The notes: generated by a model from the letters alone, not told the origin. Shown: positions 1 through 12,133, counted from the first letter of the stretch. The stretch: DNA of 64,000 nt from Octopus vulgaris (GCA_951406725.2 OX597831.1:75082001-75146000); one strand, 5' to 3'. Program-made: numbers and translations.

Positions 1-94
1 GCGCGCACACACTTTTCTTTCTCTTTGTTACATTCTAACCTTTCATTGTCTGATGCAAGTTCCCCTCCTCAAATGACCTGCCCCTCTCATAATT

Positions 95-385
95 CCTTGT
101 CTTATGAGTTACTTGGTTACCCTGCCAGTGCTGGTGCCATGTTAAAGGCATCCAGTCCACACTGTGAAGTGGTTGGCATTTGGAAGGACATCAAAGCTAA
201 CCTCACCTGTGCTAGTATCGTGTAAAAATCTCTGAGTCCACTCTGAGGAGTGGTTGGTGTTAGGAAGGACATCCAGCTGTAAAAACCCTGCCAAAACAGA
301 CACAGTAGCCTTGGGTAGATTTTCTACCTGGCTGGCTGTCAACCATCCTACCCATTATTGCAAGGAAGATGGATGTTAAATGATA
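95..385 (+). mobile_element. Degenerate 3' end of RTE-clade LINE (family C)
   Basis: Contains gagtggttggtgttaggaaggacatccagctgta and ends gatgttaaatgataat, matching the 3' UTR/tail that follows the RTE ORF2 remnant at 60648-61943. Confidence 0.65.
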
Positions 386-409
386 ATAGATAGATAGGTG
401 TGTGTGTAT

Positions 410-640
410 ATCATCCTTATCATTGTTTTAGTCTCTGCTTTTTCATGCTTGCATGGGTCAGATGGAATTTGTTGAGACAGATTTTTTTATGGCTGGATGC
501 CCTTCCAGTTTTCAACCTTCACCTGTCTACAATGAAGGTAATATTTCCTTCAAGACCAGACGTGTTTTTACAGAAGAATCAAAATGGACACCATGTGCTT
601 GATGGTGACATCCATTCACAAGAATCATGGAGGCAGTAAC
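410..640 (-). mobile_element. Old repeat sharing the family-C (GAT)n-tailed 3' end
   Basis: catgcttgcatgggtcagatggaatttgttgag...atggctggatgcccttcc; related copy on + at ~16620-16852. Confidence 0.55.
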
Positions 641-677
641 ATAAACATACACATTCACATATTCATCCATACGTGTG

Positions 678-1101
678 TCTATACATACATATAAAATAAA
701 CAGGGGTAAAAGAGTATTTATAGCTAAAACCGTAAGTCCAGAAATAAACCGGAAGGGGTCAATACTGCCACTACCGAGAAAATAACAACTTCCTCTTTAA
801 GAGCACGTGTGTTGGAAAAGGTTAAACAAAAGCACTCACACACTAGAAGAAAAAAAATACTCCCTTGGACCATGTTAACACAAAAATTATTTACATCAAA
901 AAGGTGCTTTTTTTTTTCTATGAAAATCCCAATTTTTTACGATTTATTTTTACTGTTGTGTCGCCATTTTTCGGTGTATTTTAACAAGAAAAATGTACAC
1001 TTAAAGAGAATAATGAGAATAATGCAAAATTTTTACTTTTCAAAAATTCCAATTCTAAAGGGTCGAAATAAAACCCGAGCAATGCTAGGCGATACTGCTA
1101 G
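678..1101 (+). mobile_element. Non-autonomous Helitron-like element
   Basis: 5' TCTATACATACATATAAAA at 678; 3' imperfect GC hairpin acccgagcaatgctaggcg then CTAG|T at 1098-1101, the canonical Helitron termini. Confidence 0.55.
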
Positions 1102-1210
1102 TATATATATATATAGTAAATCCCCAAAAAAGAACAAACACAAAAACCAACAATGCAAGGTTGTGGTACATGCAAAGTATTAGCAGATGCTCAGGGAAGG
1201 AAAGAAAGAT

Positions 1211-1247
1211 GGTTTAATGTTTTGAGCAGACGCTCTTCTTCAGAAAC
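1211..1247 (-). ncRNA. Degenerate minimal hammerhead ribozyme motif (PLE type)
   Basis: Minus strand gtttCTGAAGAa-gagc-gtct-gctc-aAAACATTAaacc; G12 lost in a way consistent with CpG decay of gctCGAAACGT; lies in a non-coding insert between (TA)n runs. Confidence 0.45.
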
Positions 1248-1359
1248 AGAGGAAAGTCCAATAGAAAGTAAGACAGAGGAAGAAAATCGCCAACGATTCA
1301 CATGTGGTTACATTTTGAAAAATAAAATGTGTGTATGTATATATATATATATATATATA

Positions 1360-1990
1360 TTATAATTCTGAAATGCGAAAAGTTTGTTTGTTTGTCTGGT
1401 TTGGGCATTGAGAACGGGTTAAAGGCCACTAGATCCCGTCGGATTGACTCCAAAATTTACAGGAACATGTAAAATGAGGTGAGGATGCAAGTGAGCTAGG
1501 TTAGAAATCCCCATCTTAAAAGGTGTCATTGCTAGGGCCAAAAACGCACTTTGACAAGTCTACTCTCATTCTTTTATGTATCTGTCTTCCTCCATCACTC
1601 ACTCTCTTTCCTCCCTTCCTTTTACAATCTATCTGTGACGTCGTTTCACAGCGTCTACCTCCCTTACCTCCATTTTCTCTCTATAACGTCGTTCCACAGC
1701 GTCCTATCCCCCCACTGCCTTCGACAGCGCTTTCACAATCTATCTCTACGTCTGTCTGCATTCATAGAGAGAATTATCATCGACACCACCACCACACAAT
1801 CATGAGAACAAATATTATGTCAGATATTTATTGGGTTAATTTATATATGTGTGTGTGTTCTATATATATAAATATGTATATATAATGTATATATACAAAG
1901 TGTATATATCTGTATTTATTTATTTATTTATATATAATTTGTATACATTTATATATACACACACCACACTTAAGGGTCACCTTAAGCTAG
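1360..1990 (+). mobile_element. Non-autonomous Helitron-like element
   Basis: Starts in a TA run with tataattctgaaatgcgaaaagtttgtttgtttgtc (microsatellite-bearing Helitron 5' style); ends gggtcaccttaagCTAG|T; same 3' end with hairpin on - at 57074-57110. Confidence 0.6.
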
Positions 1991-2004
1991 TATATATATA
2001 TATA

Positions 2005-2227
2005 CTTTTTATCTTATATTAAACTTTTTAATACTTTTTGGTAGTTATATATATTTAATAAAAAAAAATATATATATATATAAAAATTTATAAATATAAA
2101 TTAATAATTTTAATTTTAAATTTAAATAATTTTAATTTTTATATTTTATATATTTTGTATATTATATTAATTATTTTTATTTTTATGTTTTGGTTTGCCT
2201 AATAATGGTTTTATCTCTAATTTAATT

Positions 2228-2230
<3 letters not shown>
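2005..2230 (-). mobile_element. AT-rich terminal fragment of a Penelope-like/TA-targeted element
   Basis: tttgcctaataatggttttatctctaatttaattt is the reverse complement of the starts of elements at 51888 and 58633. Confidence 0.55.
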
Positions 2231-2267
<37 letters not shown>

Positions 2268-2269
<2 letters not shown>

Positions 2270-2510
2270 CATCATCGTTTAACGTCCGCTTTCCATGCTA
2301 GCATGGGTTGGACGGTTCAACTGGGGTCTGGCAAGCTCGAAGGCTGCACCAGGCCAGTCATATCTGGCAGTGTTTCTACAGCTGGATGCCCTTCCTAACG
2401 CCAACCACTCCAAGAGTGTAGTGGGTGATTTTATGTGCCACCGACACAGGTGCCAGACGAGGCTGGCAGACGGCCACGCTCGGATGGTGATTTTATGTGC
2501 CACCGACACA
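2268..2510 (-). mobile_element. RTE LINE 3' end (family C)
   Basis: (CAT)n + gtttaacgtccgctttccatgctagcatgggttggacgg...ctggatgcccttcctaacgccaaccactc. Confidence 0.85.
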
Positions 2511-2543
<33 letters not shown>

Positions 2544-2582
2544 TACAGAGATACATGTATATACACACATGCACAAACACAG

Positions 2583-2737
2583 TGAGCTTCTTTTAGTTTT
2601 TATTTTCCAAATCTACTCGCAGAACTTTGGTCAGCCCAAGGCTATAGTAGAAGACACTTGCCCAAGATGCAATACAGTGGAATTGAACTTAGAACCATGT
2701 GGTCGAGAACGAACCTTCCTTCCACATAGCCACACCT
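2583..2737 (-). mobile_element. SINE family A, degenerate 5' half
   Basis: ggctatagtagaagacacttgcccaag...aaccatgtgg...ccacatagccac. Confidence 0.75.
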
Positions 2738-3337
2738 ACACCTCTGTGTGTGTGTGTGTGTGTGTGCGCGCTTGTTTCAAGCCAATACTTGAGCAGGCTA
2801 CTTTCCGATCTTCCCATCTATTCCAGCCATATTCGTTATCCTTGCTTCAACGTACTTTGATACTTCTTGGAATAATTGTTATAATTCGCATTTTATAATT
2901 CCAAATATCTTATGTGTATCGGGGTGGGGGAATGAGTGAGAGAGAGAGAGAGTGACTGATATTCAAGATTTAAGAGAGAGGGGGGGAAGAAGAGGAGGAG
3001 GAGGTGGGGGTATGTATCTGTGGCTTTGACTTGATAAATCTACCTTGGAGATATTCGTTTGTTTTCCATTCTTCTTCCAGCTCTGTTCATGTAGTACAGC
3101 ATTTTCTTTGAGAAAATGCGTGCAATTACTCCAACAAAATATTATTGTGAATGGTGACTCTTTTTCATTTGATTTTGTTTTTCTTTTTAGCTTTTTTTTT
3201 TCTTTTGTGTTTGTCTTTTGTATGCTATTTATCATCATCATCATCGTCTAATATCGTATTACACAGGGTTGTTAAAAACTTTTCAATCACATTCAGCGAA
3301 GAATATATTTTATTACATTATTTTATAACTGGAAATT

Positions 3338-3367
3338 ATGTGTGTGTGTGTATATATGAGTATGTAT

Positions 3368-3414
<47 letters not shown>

Positions 3415-3434
3415 CACACACACACGCCTATGTG

Positions 3435-3476
<42 letters not shown>

Positions 3477-3597
3477 AACAAACACACACGCCTATGTGTA
3501 TGTATGTATATATATATACACACACACATGTATATATATAGATATACATACACACACACACACACACACACAGACGTGTACACACATATATATGTAT

Positions 3598-3630
<33 letters not shown>
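3338..3630. repeat. Compound (TG)/(TA)/(CA) microsatellite
   Basis: Alternating dinucleotide runs with repeated cacacgcctatgtgtatgta. Confidence 0.9.
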
Positions 3631-3631
<1 letters not shown>

Positions 3632-3930
3632 CCTTCTGTGTGGAATAGGTGGCAAGTGTTAAGAAAAAAGAATTCTCCTCATACTTATTATTGTTATTAA
3701 TATAATCATCATCATCCTCTTCCTCCTCCTCCTCACTTTTGAAGCTGAGAAAATTTGTGAACTGCCTAACATAACTGCATTGTATTATTTGTATTATTGT
3801 AAGACAATTGTGTCCTTAGTCTTTATTCATTTGAATGTCTGTTTTTCCAGGCTAACATGGGTTGGACAGGGAGTTATTTGAGACAGGATTTTATGGCTGG
3901 TTGCTCTTCCTGTTGCCAAATTTTCCTTTT

Positions 3931-3963
<33 letters not shown>

Positions 3964-4114
3964 CTTGTTTTGTTTTTTTTGCCATGTAAGAGAGTTTTAG
4001 ATATTTCACAGGTCTTTGAAAGTGCAGAGCAGCTGGTTATAATATCAACAAGGAATATCAACACCGGCACCTTTTGTGCTCACATAGTGACAAGCAAAAT
4101 ATAAATATAAATAA

Positions 4115-4500
4115 GGCACAGGAGTGGCTGTGTGGTAAGTAGCTTGCTAACCAACCACATGGTTCCGGGTTCAGTCCCACTGCGTGGCATCTTGGGCAAG
4201 TGTCTTCTGCTATAGCCCCGGGCCGACCAATGCCTTTTGAGTGGATTTGGTAGACGGAAACTGAAAGAAGCCTGTCGTATATATGTATGTATGTGTTTGT
4301 GTGTATGTGTTTGTCCCCCTAGCATTGCTTGACAACCGATGCTGGTGTGTTTATTTCCCCATTACTTAGCGGTTCAGCAAAAGAGACCAATAGAATAAGT
4401 ACTGGGCTTACAAAGAATAAGTCTCGGGGTTGATTTGCTCGACTAAAGGCGGTGCTCCAGCATGGCCGCAGTCAAATGACTGAAACCAGTAAAAGAGTAA
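4115..4500 (+). mobile_element. SINE family A, full length (tRNA-derived head, CORE-like ccttgggcaagt domain, internal microsatellite, (AAAGAGT) tail)
   Basis: A-box-like tggctgtgtggt, B-box-like ggttcagtccc; about 20 near-identical copies in the window. Probably one of the published octopus OK/OR1/OR2 SINEs (from memory, unverified). Confidence 0.9.
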
Positions 4501-4504
4501 ACAA

Positions 4505-5650
4505 ATGTAAGGCAAAGTCGACCTCGGTAGAATTTTGGACTCAGCGTAAAGATGGACAAAATGCCACTAAGCATTTTGTATGGTATGCTAAAAATTCTGC
4601 TAGCTCTCTGCCCTTTTCCTTTTAGGCACAAAGCCTGAAATTTGGCGGGTAGTTGGCTGATCGGTTACATCAACTCTTGTGCTCAAATGGTACTTATTTT
4701 GTCAGTGCAGAAAGAATGAAAGGTAAAGTCGACCTTGGTGGCATTTGAACTCAGAACTTAAAGCCAGAAGAAATGTCACTAACCCTGGTGTGGTAACAAT
4801 TCTTCCAGCTCACCACTTATGTTGTAATAATGATTATAAATCCTTTCTACCATAGGCACTTGCCTGAAATTTTGGGATGAGGGGTCTAGTTGATTACATC
4901 AACCTTAGTAGCCAACTGGTACTTATTTAATTGATCCTGAAAAGAGGAAAAGGTTTAGCTGACCTCAGCTGAATTTGAACTCAAAACATAAAGATGAATG
5001 AAATGCTTGCTAACCATTTGGCCTAACATGCTAACACTTCTATAATAGTTTCTGATTTAGGAACAGACAAATAATTTTGAGGGAAGGGGCCTCTTGATAC
5101 TAAAGTACTACTTGACTGGTACTTTGTTATTCTGAGGGGATAAAAGGCATAGATGAATTTGGTGGGATTTGAAACCAGAATGCAAAGGCACATGAAATTC
5201 CATATGACACTGTGCCTCACATCGTAATGATTCTACCTGCTTGCAACCATTAAAGGTTTCTGATTTGGGCACAAGGCCAGCAATTTGAGGCAAAGAAGCT
5301 TAGTCAATTTAGTCAGCTCCAGAACTTGTACTTTATTTTATTGGCCCTGAAAGGAAGAAAGACAAAGCTAACTTTGGCTGGATTTGAACTCAGAACATTG
5401 AGCCAGAAGAAATACTGCAAAGCATTTTTTGATGCTCTAACAATTCTGCCAGATTCCAGCCCTTGCCTTCACAACAATAACAACAATTCTTTCTAATTTT
5501 AGTACAAGGGCAGCAGTATTGAGTGAAGATGCCCAATCAATTACATCGACCCCAGTGCTCAGCTGGTACTTTATTTTATTGACCTTGGAGAGAAGAATGC
5601 TAAAGTTGATCTTTACAAGATTTGAACTTAGAATGTAAAGAGCCAGGCAA
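4505..5650 (-). mobile_element. Head-to-tail array of ~6 degenerate SINE family B copies
   Basis: Recurring ggtacttatttt...gaaagg...aaagtcgacctcgg...atttgaactcagaac roughly every 200-230 bp. Confidence 0.7.
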
Positions 5651-5682
5651 TTTTCCCGAATCTGCACAGCAACTACCTTAAT

Positions 5683-6050
5683 AGTGGCTGTGTGGTAAGT
5701 AGCTTGCTTACCAACCATATGGTTCCAGGTTCATTCCCACTGCGTGGCACCTTGGGCAAGTGTCTTCTACTATAGCCTCGGGCCAACCAAAGCCTTGTGA
5801 GTGGATTTGGTAGACGGAAACTGAAAGAAGCCCATCGTATATATGTATATATATATGTATGTGTGTGTATATGTTTGTGTCTCTGTCTTTGTCCCCCCCC
5901 TCCCCGACATCGCTTGATAACTGATGCTGGTGTGTGGTTCGGCAAAAGAGACCGATAGAATAAGCCTTAGTCCTGGGATCAATTTGCTCGACTAAAGGCA
6001 GTGTTCCAGCATGGCCGCAGTCAAATGACTGAAACAAGTAAAAGAGTAAA
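5683..6050 (+). mobile_element. SINE family A
   Basis: Matches 4115-4500 with small deletions. Confidence 0.9.
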
Positions 6051-6639
6051 AAAAAAGAGAGTATAATAATAATAATAAATTCTAATAGGAAGCTGGTCAC
6101 CATAAATTGATTTCCAATAGTTTTATGCATTTTCCAATGATTGCAAAGATGGAATGGTTTCTGTTTATTGGAGCAATTGTTTGGATTATCTCATGTAACT
6201 GGTTAAATAATTTCAAAACAGTCCCTAGTCACTACCCCACCCTCAACACAGCCACTAACTGAGCCAGTTATCATTAAATATGTTTAGCTATAACACTTGA
6301 TCCTTGATCACAGTATCAACCAGACCATCAGATGCTGTTCTACACCACTGGTCACAATGCGCTTCCAATTCTGTCTTGATTTTGCCATTCTTTTCCATCT
6401 CAACCCAAATTGCTTGACTAAATTGTCTTCCCATCATTGTGGAGGCCTTCCAAATGCCTTTTCTGATCTCTTGGATACCATTCGGCAACTTGCACAGGTC
6501 TACCTGCTGTCTGTGAACTTTGCAACATGTAAAAATGTGATGATGATAATAATAATAATAATGTTTCTTAACCACTAAGGATCTACAAAAAACATTAGGG
6601 GTGCTACAGGAAAGTAAAATAACCGAAACAAAGAAGCAG

Positions 6640-7370
6640 TGAATTCACCAAAAGTAAAGGTAGATCTCTGAGGTCTATTTGTGGAAACACCACAAAAACA
6701 GTCACCCCAACCTCTAGGACAAGTTCTTTCACCCTGTTTTCCTCCTTCAATCTAGACGTGCATTTTAGGAGCAGGCCTGTTCACTTGGACCACCCTTGCC
6801 ATTCTCATCTACCTTTCAACAAACTTGTTGGGCGATATTTTCCTTTCCACCCTCACTTTCTTTTTCAAATAAAACATGAAAAGTAATAATGATGAGGGCT
6901 TGATAAAAGAGGAAGGTATTGTCCACCGTACAATCTCTTTTGGCAAAGCCACCAGACATATGATACTGCCTGCGCCTCCACCTAAAGGAAGGCACAATTG
7001 ATTCAGTTAACAACTGAATCTGTCCTACATGATGTAGCAGCTGCTGTTTGTCATAAACCCACAAGTCTGCAATACGTGAGCATTACATGCAGAATAGTTT
7101 TATCACACTGTATGCATATCAGACAGGCCTAACTAGTAGCCCTTCCAGGCCAGAGATTTCTGGAATTTATCCATGGGGCCTTGGCATGAAAATCTTGGAT
7201 AACACAATGTGGTTTGTCCATATCTACCTTGGTATATTTGGGGAATCTAGTTAGTACTTGTCAAACCTGTCAGAGTTGGAACTTTCTGAGAGGGTTTGCA
7301 AGACTTTTGCACCTCTTCTATCAGCCAGCCCAACATTGCCACTCACTGGGATGGAGGCAGTTTTCATAAA
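6640..7370 (-). pseudogene. Degenerate L1/Tx1-clade LINE ORF2 C-terminal remnant
   Basis: Minus-strand translation across frameshifts gives MDKFQKSLAW (7145-7174), C-x2-C..DKTILH (CCHC knuckle-like), then IICLVALPKEIV and FYLKKKVRVERKISPNKFVER, resembling Tx1-type C-termini. Confidence 0.6.
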
Positions 7371-7687
7371 ATATTTGTAGCTATTATACTTCTGTTTTGT
7401 AGGTAAGGTTGCGTGTAAATGATGTAACGACACCTTGTGAACATTTGGTAATTTATTTCACCACTCAAGTAATTTTCAGGTTTGTCATGAATTACAAAGT
7501 TTTCACAAGACAACACAAGTGAAAGAATAATTCTGTGACCTTCATAAATAGTTGATTACAACGTAGTTTCACGGGCCTCTAACAGAAATCTGACTCAATC
7601 AGATTCAGATTGCCCAAATGAGTTGAACCTGAACAAACCAGATGTGTTAGAGGCCTAAGTCACATGGGGCCGAATCAAACTATTTTA

Positions 7688-8336
7688 GGCATGGCTGTGT
7701 GGTAAGAAACTTGCTTCCCAACCACATGGTTCTGGGTTCAGTCCCACTGCATGGCACCTTCGGCAAGTGTCTTCTACTATAACCTCAGGCCGACCAAAGC
7801 CTTGTGAGTGGATTTGGTAGACAGAAACTGAAAGAAGCTCATCGTGTATGTATACATACATACATACATACATACATAGATACATAGATACATACATACA
7901 TAGATACATACATACATACATACATACATACATACATACATACATACATACATACATACATACATACATACATACATACATACATACATACATACATACA
8001 TACATACATACATACATACATACATACATACATACATACATACATACATACATACATACATACATACATACATACATACATACATACATACATACATACA
8101 TACATACATACATACATACATACATACATACATACATACATACATACATACATACATACATACATACATACATACATACATACATACATACATACATACA
8201 TACATACATACATACATACATACATACATACATACATACATACATACATACATACATACATACATACATACATACATACATACATACATACATACATACA
8301 TACATACATACATACATACATACATACATACATACA

Positions 8337-8367
<31 letters not shown>

Positions 8368-8483
8368 GTTTGTTTGTGTGTCTGTTTGTCCTCCATCATC
8401 TCTATAACTTAGTGGTTCGGCCAAAGAGACTAAAGGTGGTGCTCCAGCATGGCTGCAGTCAAATGACTGAAACAAGTAAAAGA
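7688..8483 (+). mobile_element. SINE family A with expanded internal microsatellite
   Basis: Head 7688-7848, 3' part 8367-8483, interrupted by (CATA)n. Confidence 0.88.
7853..8366. repeat. (CATA)n tetranucleotide microsatellite, ~128 units
   Basis: Nearly perfect, with three GATA variants near the left end. Confidence 0.98.
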
Positions 8484-8943
8484 AATGTGTGTGAGTATGT
8501 ATATATACTAGCTGAATGACGTAGTAATACCCGGAAAGTGGGGGTTTATTCCCTGTGCCTTTTCCTATTACACTGTTTCATGTCCTATCTCATTTCCCAT
8601 TCAGTTCCTATTTTAGTTCTGCTCCCTTTCCTATCCTCCCTAATCCTAAGTCAGTATATAAAGTTTAGAATCAGTTAAGTGTTAGTAAGCCATTAAATGT
8701 TTTATTAACCTTTATGGTAATAGTTTATTGCTAAAAATTAGGTATTACAAACTATTAATACAATTAGTGGGTGACTAAAGAATGTCCCTAAATTATTTTA
8801 ACAAATGAATATGCCTCTGAGTAAAATAGATGAGTTGACCAGCAATACTGGTAAAGCAGGGGTTATTCCCAGTTCCCATTTACCATTACACTGCTCCATG
8901 CCCTATCTTGTTTCCTGTTCAGCTCCTGTCTTGATGCCCAACC

Positions 8944-9150
8944 CATCATCATCATCGTTTAATGTCCGCTTTCCAGGCTAGCATGGGTTGGACGGTTCAA
9001 CTGGGATCTGGGAAGCCCGAAGGCTGCACCAGGCCCAGTCAGATCTGGCAGTGTTTCTACAGCTGGATGCCCTTCCTAATGCCAACCACTCCGTGAGTGT
9101 AGTGGGTGCTTTTTATGTGCCACCGACACAGGTGCCAGACGAGGCTGGCA
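8944..9150 (-). mobile_element. RTE LINE 3' end (family C)
   Basis: Same sequence as 2268-2470. Confidence 0.85.
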
Positions 9151-9274
9151 AAAATAATACTGCCCTGGGTGAGGCATTTATGGTAATAGTTTATTGCTAA
9201 GAATAGATATTACAAACTATTAATTCGATTTGTGGGTGAATAAGGAATGTCCAAATATTTTAACAAACGAATTT

Positions 9275-9494
9275 TGTTTTTTTTGTTTTTGTTTTTCCAG
9301 TTTCAGCTCTTGAGCTGTGGCCATGCTGGGGCACCGCCATTGTGGTGAAAGAGTACAGCAGGGATCACCACCCCCTGCCGGAGCCTCGTAGGGCTTTTAG
9401 GTGTTTTCGCTCAATAAACACACACAACGCCCGGTCTGAGAATCGAAACCGCGATCCTGCGACCACGAGTCCGCTGCCCTAACCACTAGGCCAG
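9275..9494 (-). mobile_element. Chimeric SINE: family D head with family-A-like 3' tail
   Basis: 9342-9494 matches the D copy at 31620-31778; 9295-9338 resembles the family A tail (tttcag...tgtggccatgctggggcaccgcc). Confidence 0.7.
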
Positions 9495-10040
9495 AGTAAA
9501 ATAAATTAGGTAGATTTACAGATACATTGACAAATAGCCTGCGTATTGCAGCTGGCGTTGTCGCATGTCATAGCATGGCTGTATCTTACATTGTGCAATA
9601 AAACTTAAGATGTTATGGGGATTTGGATCTAATTCATCAAATTAATTTTATGGAGAAGCACCTTCCAGGTCATTGGTCATTCCATTATCCCATGTCCTAT
9701 CCATGAGTCCTGCAGTTGACCATGTCCTTAATGTGACCTGAGCGGGACGTACATGTGTTGCATGCAGAATTGTTTTCGATTTGGAAAGCTGAGTTGTTCT
9801 CACGAAGGTCACATGCTGTTTACATGAAGGAGTGCATGGTTGAGCCTTACAGAGGCCTTACTTAATTCATATCAGTAAATGGGTTAATGATTTGTAAACA
9901 TGTGCTACAGCCCCCACTAGGGGGCCCCATTACAGATTTATGCAAAGTTTCGTCAGAATTCTCTTGTGTAGGCAGTAAGATGGTAACAGATAGACAAACA
10001 GACAGAAATTGTCATTTATGTATAAGGTAGTTATATATAA

Positions 10041-10440
10041 GCGCAGGAGTGGCTGTGTGGTAAGTAGCTTGTTTACCAACCACATGGTTCCAGGTTCAGT
10101 CCCACTGCGTGGCACTTTGGGCAAGTGTCTTCTACTATAGCCTCGGGCCTACCAATGCCTTGTGAGTGGATTTGGTAGATGGAAACTGAAAGAAGCCTGT
10201 CGTATATATGTATATATATGTATGTATGTGTGTTTGTGTGTGTGTGTTTGTCCCCCTAGCATTGCTTGACAACCTGATGCTGGTGTGTTTACGTCCCGTC
10301 ACTTAGCGGTTCGGCAAAAAGAGACCGATAGAATAAGTACTGGGTTTACAAAAAGAATAAGTCCCAGGGTTAAGTTGCTCGACTAAAGGCGGTGCTCCAG
10401 CATGGCCGCAGTCAAATGACTGAAACAAGTAAAAGAGTAA
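10041..10440 (+). mobile_element. SINE family A, full length
   Basis: gcgcaggagtggctgtgtgg ... gaaacaagtaaaagagtaa. Confidence 0.92.
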
Positions 10441-11120
10441 ATATGTGTGTGTGCGCGCGTGCACATAGTCACTGTTGTCACCTAAATTACCATCTTGCCT
10501 TTTTTTCTATGAAGAAGCCTCTAAGCCAGCATCTGAGCTGCTAGAAGAAGCAACCAAGTCTGCTTTGGAGGAGGAAGCCACTATTTCTCTTTTGTGATAG
10601 AGAGGAGATGACCGAGGAGGGCATGTTGTATAGCATAGCTCTTCTCAATCAGGTCTGGCCTAGTGTTAAACAACAACAACAATCACCAGCATGGTTGGTC
10701 ATTATAAAACCAATCGTTGACCAGCCAGGATACAATGATGACTTTATAGTGAAGACAGGCCCTGATATTGACTCCATCAATCAAGACGTATAATTTATGC
10801 AACAAGATGGTGTGAGATCTGAAATGATTTGTGTGATAGTTAATTGTGTGCTTCTTGTAATTTACGACCTCTACTAACTAAATTAAAACTAAATTAGTGT
10901 AGTCTTAATCAGAAAGCGTGATTTTTTTTTTTTTTTGTTGCTTTAATGAATCTGTGAAAAAAAATAGATGCTTTTTAATTGCTTAAATTTCTAGCCTAGC
11001 TGAAGAAGTTAATTAAAAGACAGATGGAATTTGTAGCTTGGAAAATTTCATATTTACTCTAAAATTATTATCATTATTATCATTATTATCATCATTATTA
11101 TCATCATTAAAAAAAAAAAA

Positions 11121-11350
11121 ACACCATCCGAGCGTGGCTGTTCGTCAGCCTCGTCTGGCACCTGTGTCGGTGGCACATAAAATCACCCACTACACTCTTG
11201 GAGTGGTTGGCGTTAGGAAGGGCATCCAGCTGTAGAAACACTGCCAGATCTGACTGGAGCCTGGTGCAGCCTTCGGGCTCCCCAGACCCCAGTTGAACTG
11301 TCCAACCCATGCTAGCATGGAAAACGGACGTTAAATGATGATGATGATGA
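11121..11350 (+). mobile_element. RTE LINE 3' end (family C)
   Basis: Ends ggacgttaaatgatgatgatgatga. Confidence 0.85.
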
Positions 11351-11620
11351 TTATTATCATTATTATCATCATTATTATTATTATTGATGGCATAAGTACC
11401 AGTTGAGCACTGAGATTGATGTAACTAGCCCCCCCCCCCTCACTAAAAATTTCAGGCCTTGTGGCTACAGTAGAGACAATTATTACTTTCATTATTACCA
11501 TCCTGTTTAATTATTGTTGGCTCCTGCTGAAACAGGCTGTAACGAGCTGGATAAGATGCTTTATTTTAGTACCACATTGTTATGAGTTCAAACCTCACCC
11601 ATACTTCACAAAACATCTAC

Positions 11621-11948
11621 AGGCATGGCTGTGTGGTAAGAAGCTTTCTTCCCTACCACATGGTTCCGGGTTCAGTCCCACTGTATGGCATCTTCGGCAA
11701 ATCTTTTCTACTGTATCCTCGGGCTGACTAAAGCCTTGGGAGTGAATTTGGTAGAAATGCATTACACACACACACTCATCTGTGTCCCCTGCCACCACTT
11801 GACAAGTGGTGTTGGTGTGTTTGTCCCAGTAACTTAGTGGTTCAGTAAAAGAGACTGATAGAACAAGTACTAGGGTCAATTTGTTCAACTAAAATTCCTC
11901 AAAGTGGTGCCCCAGTATGGTAATAGTCTAATGACTGAAACAAGAGAT
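11621..11948 (+). mobile_element. SINE family A, older degenerate copy
   Basis: Recognisable head and tail with many substitutions. Confidence 0.8.
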
Positions 11949-12133
11949 ACTAAACCCATCAGTGTTCAACAAATTTCTACCCATTTTTTTTAAGGGCCAT
12001 TTGAACCCTTTCTCCCCCCCCCCCCCAAACCAAACCTTGTTCTTCAGATAAGATAATGAACAAGAAGTGCTTACATCTATAATTTGTGCGATTTTAAAAA
12101 TATTTTTATGAATGATTACAAAATTGGGGTTGT

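Larger units (their letters stand above)
8508..10030 (-). mobile_element. Helitron-like element with internal duplication and nested retroposons
   Basis: A|CTAG at 8508 (3' end on -); other end reads ctaccttatacataaatgacaatttctgtctgtttgtc on -; 8711-8812 repeated at 9177-9273. Confidence 0.55.

Noticed and set aside
4115-4185. tRNA genes at SINE heads
   Set aside because: A/B boxes continue into SINE bodies and no complete cloverleaf is evident.
7685-8519. ORFs of MYVC/TYIH repeats (also 3151-3662, 43374-44105, 48681-49041)
   Set aside because: Microsatellite read-through.
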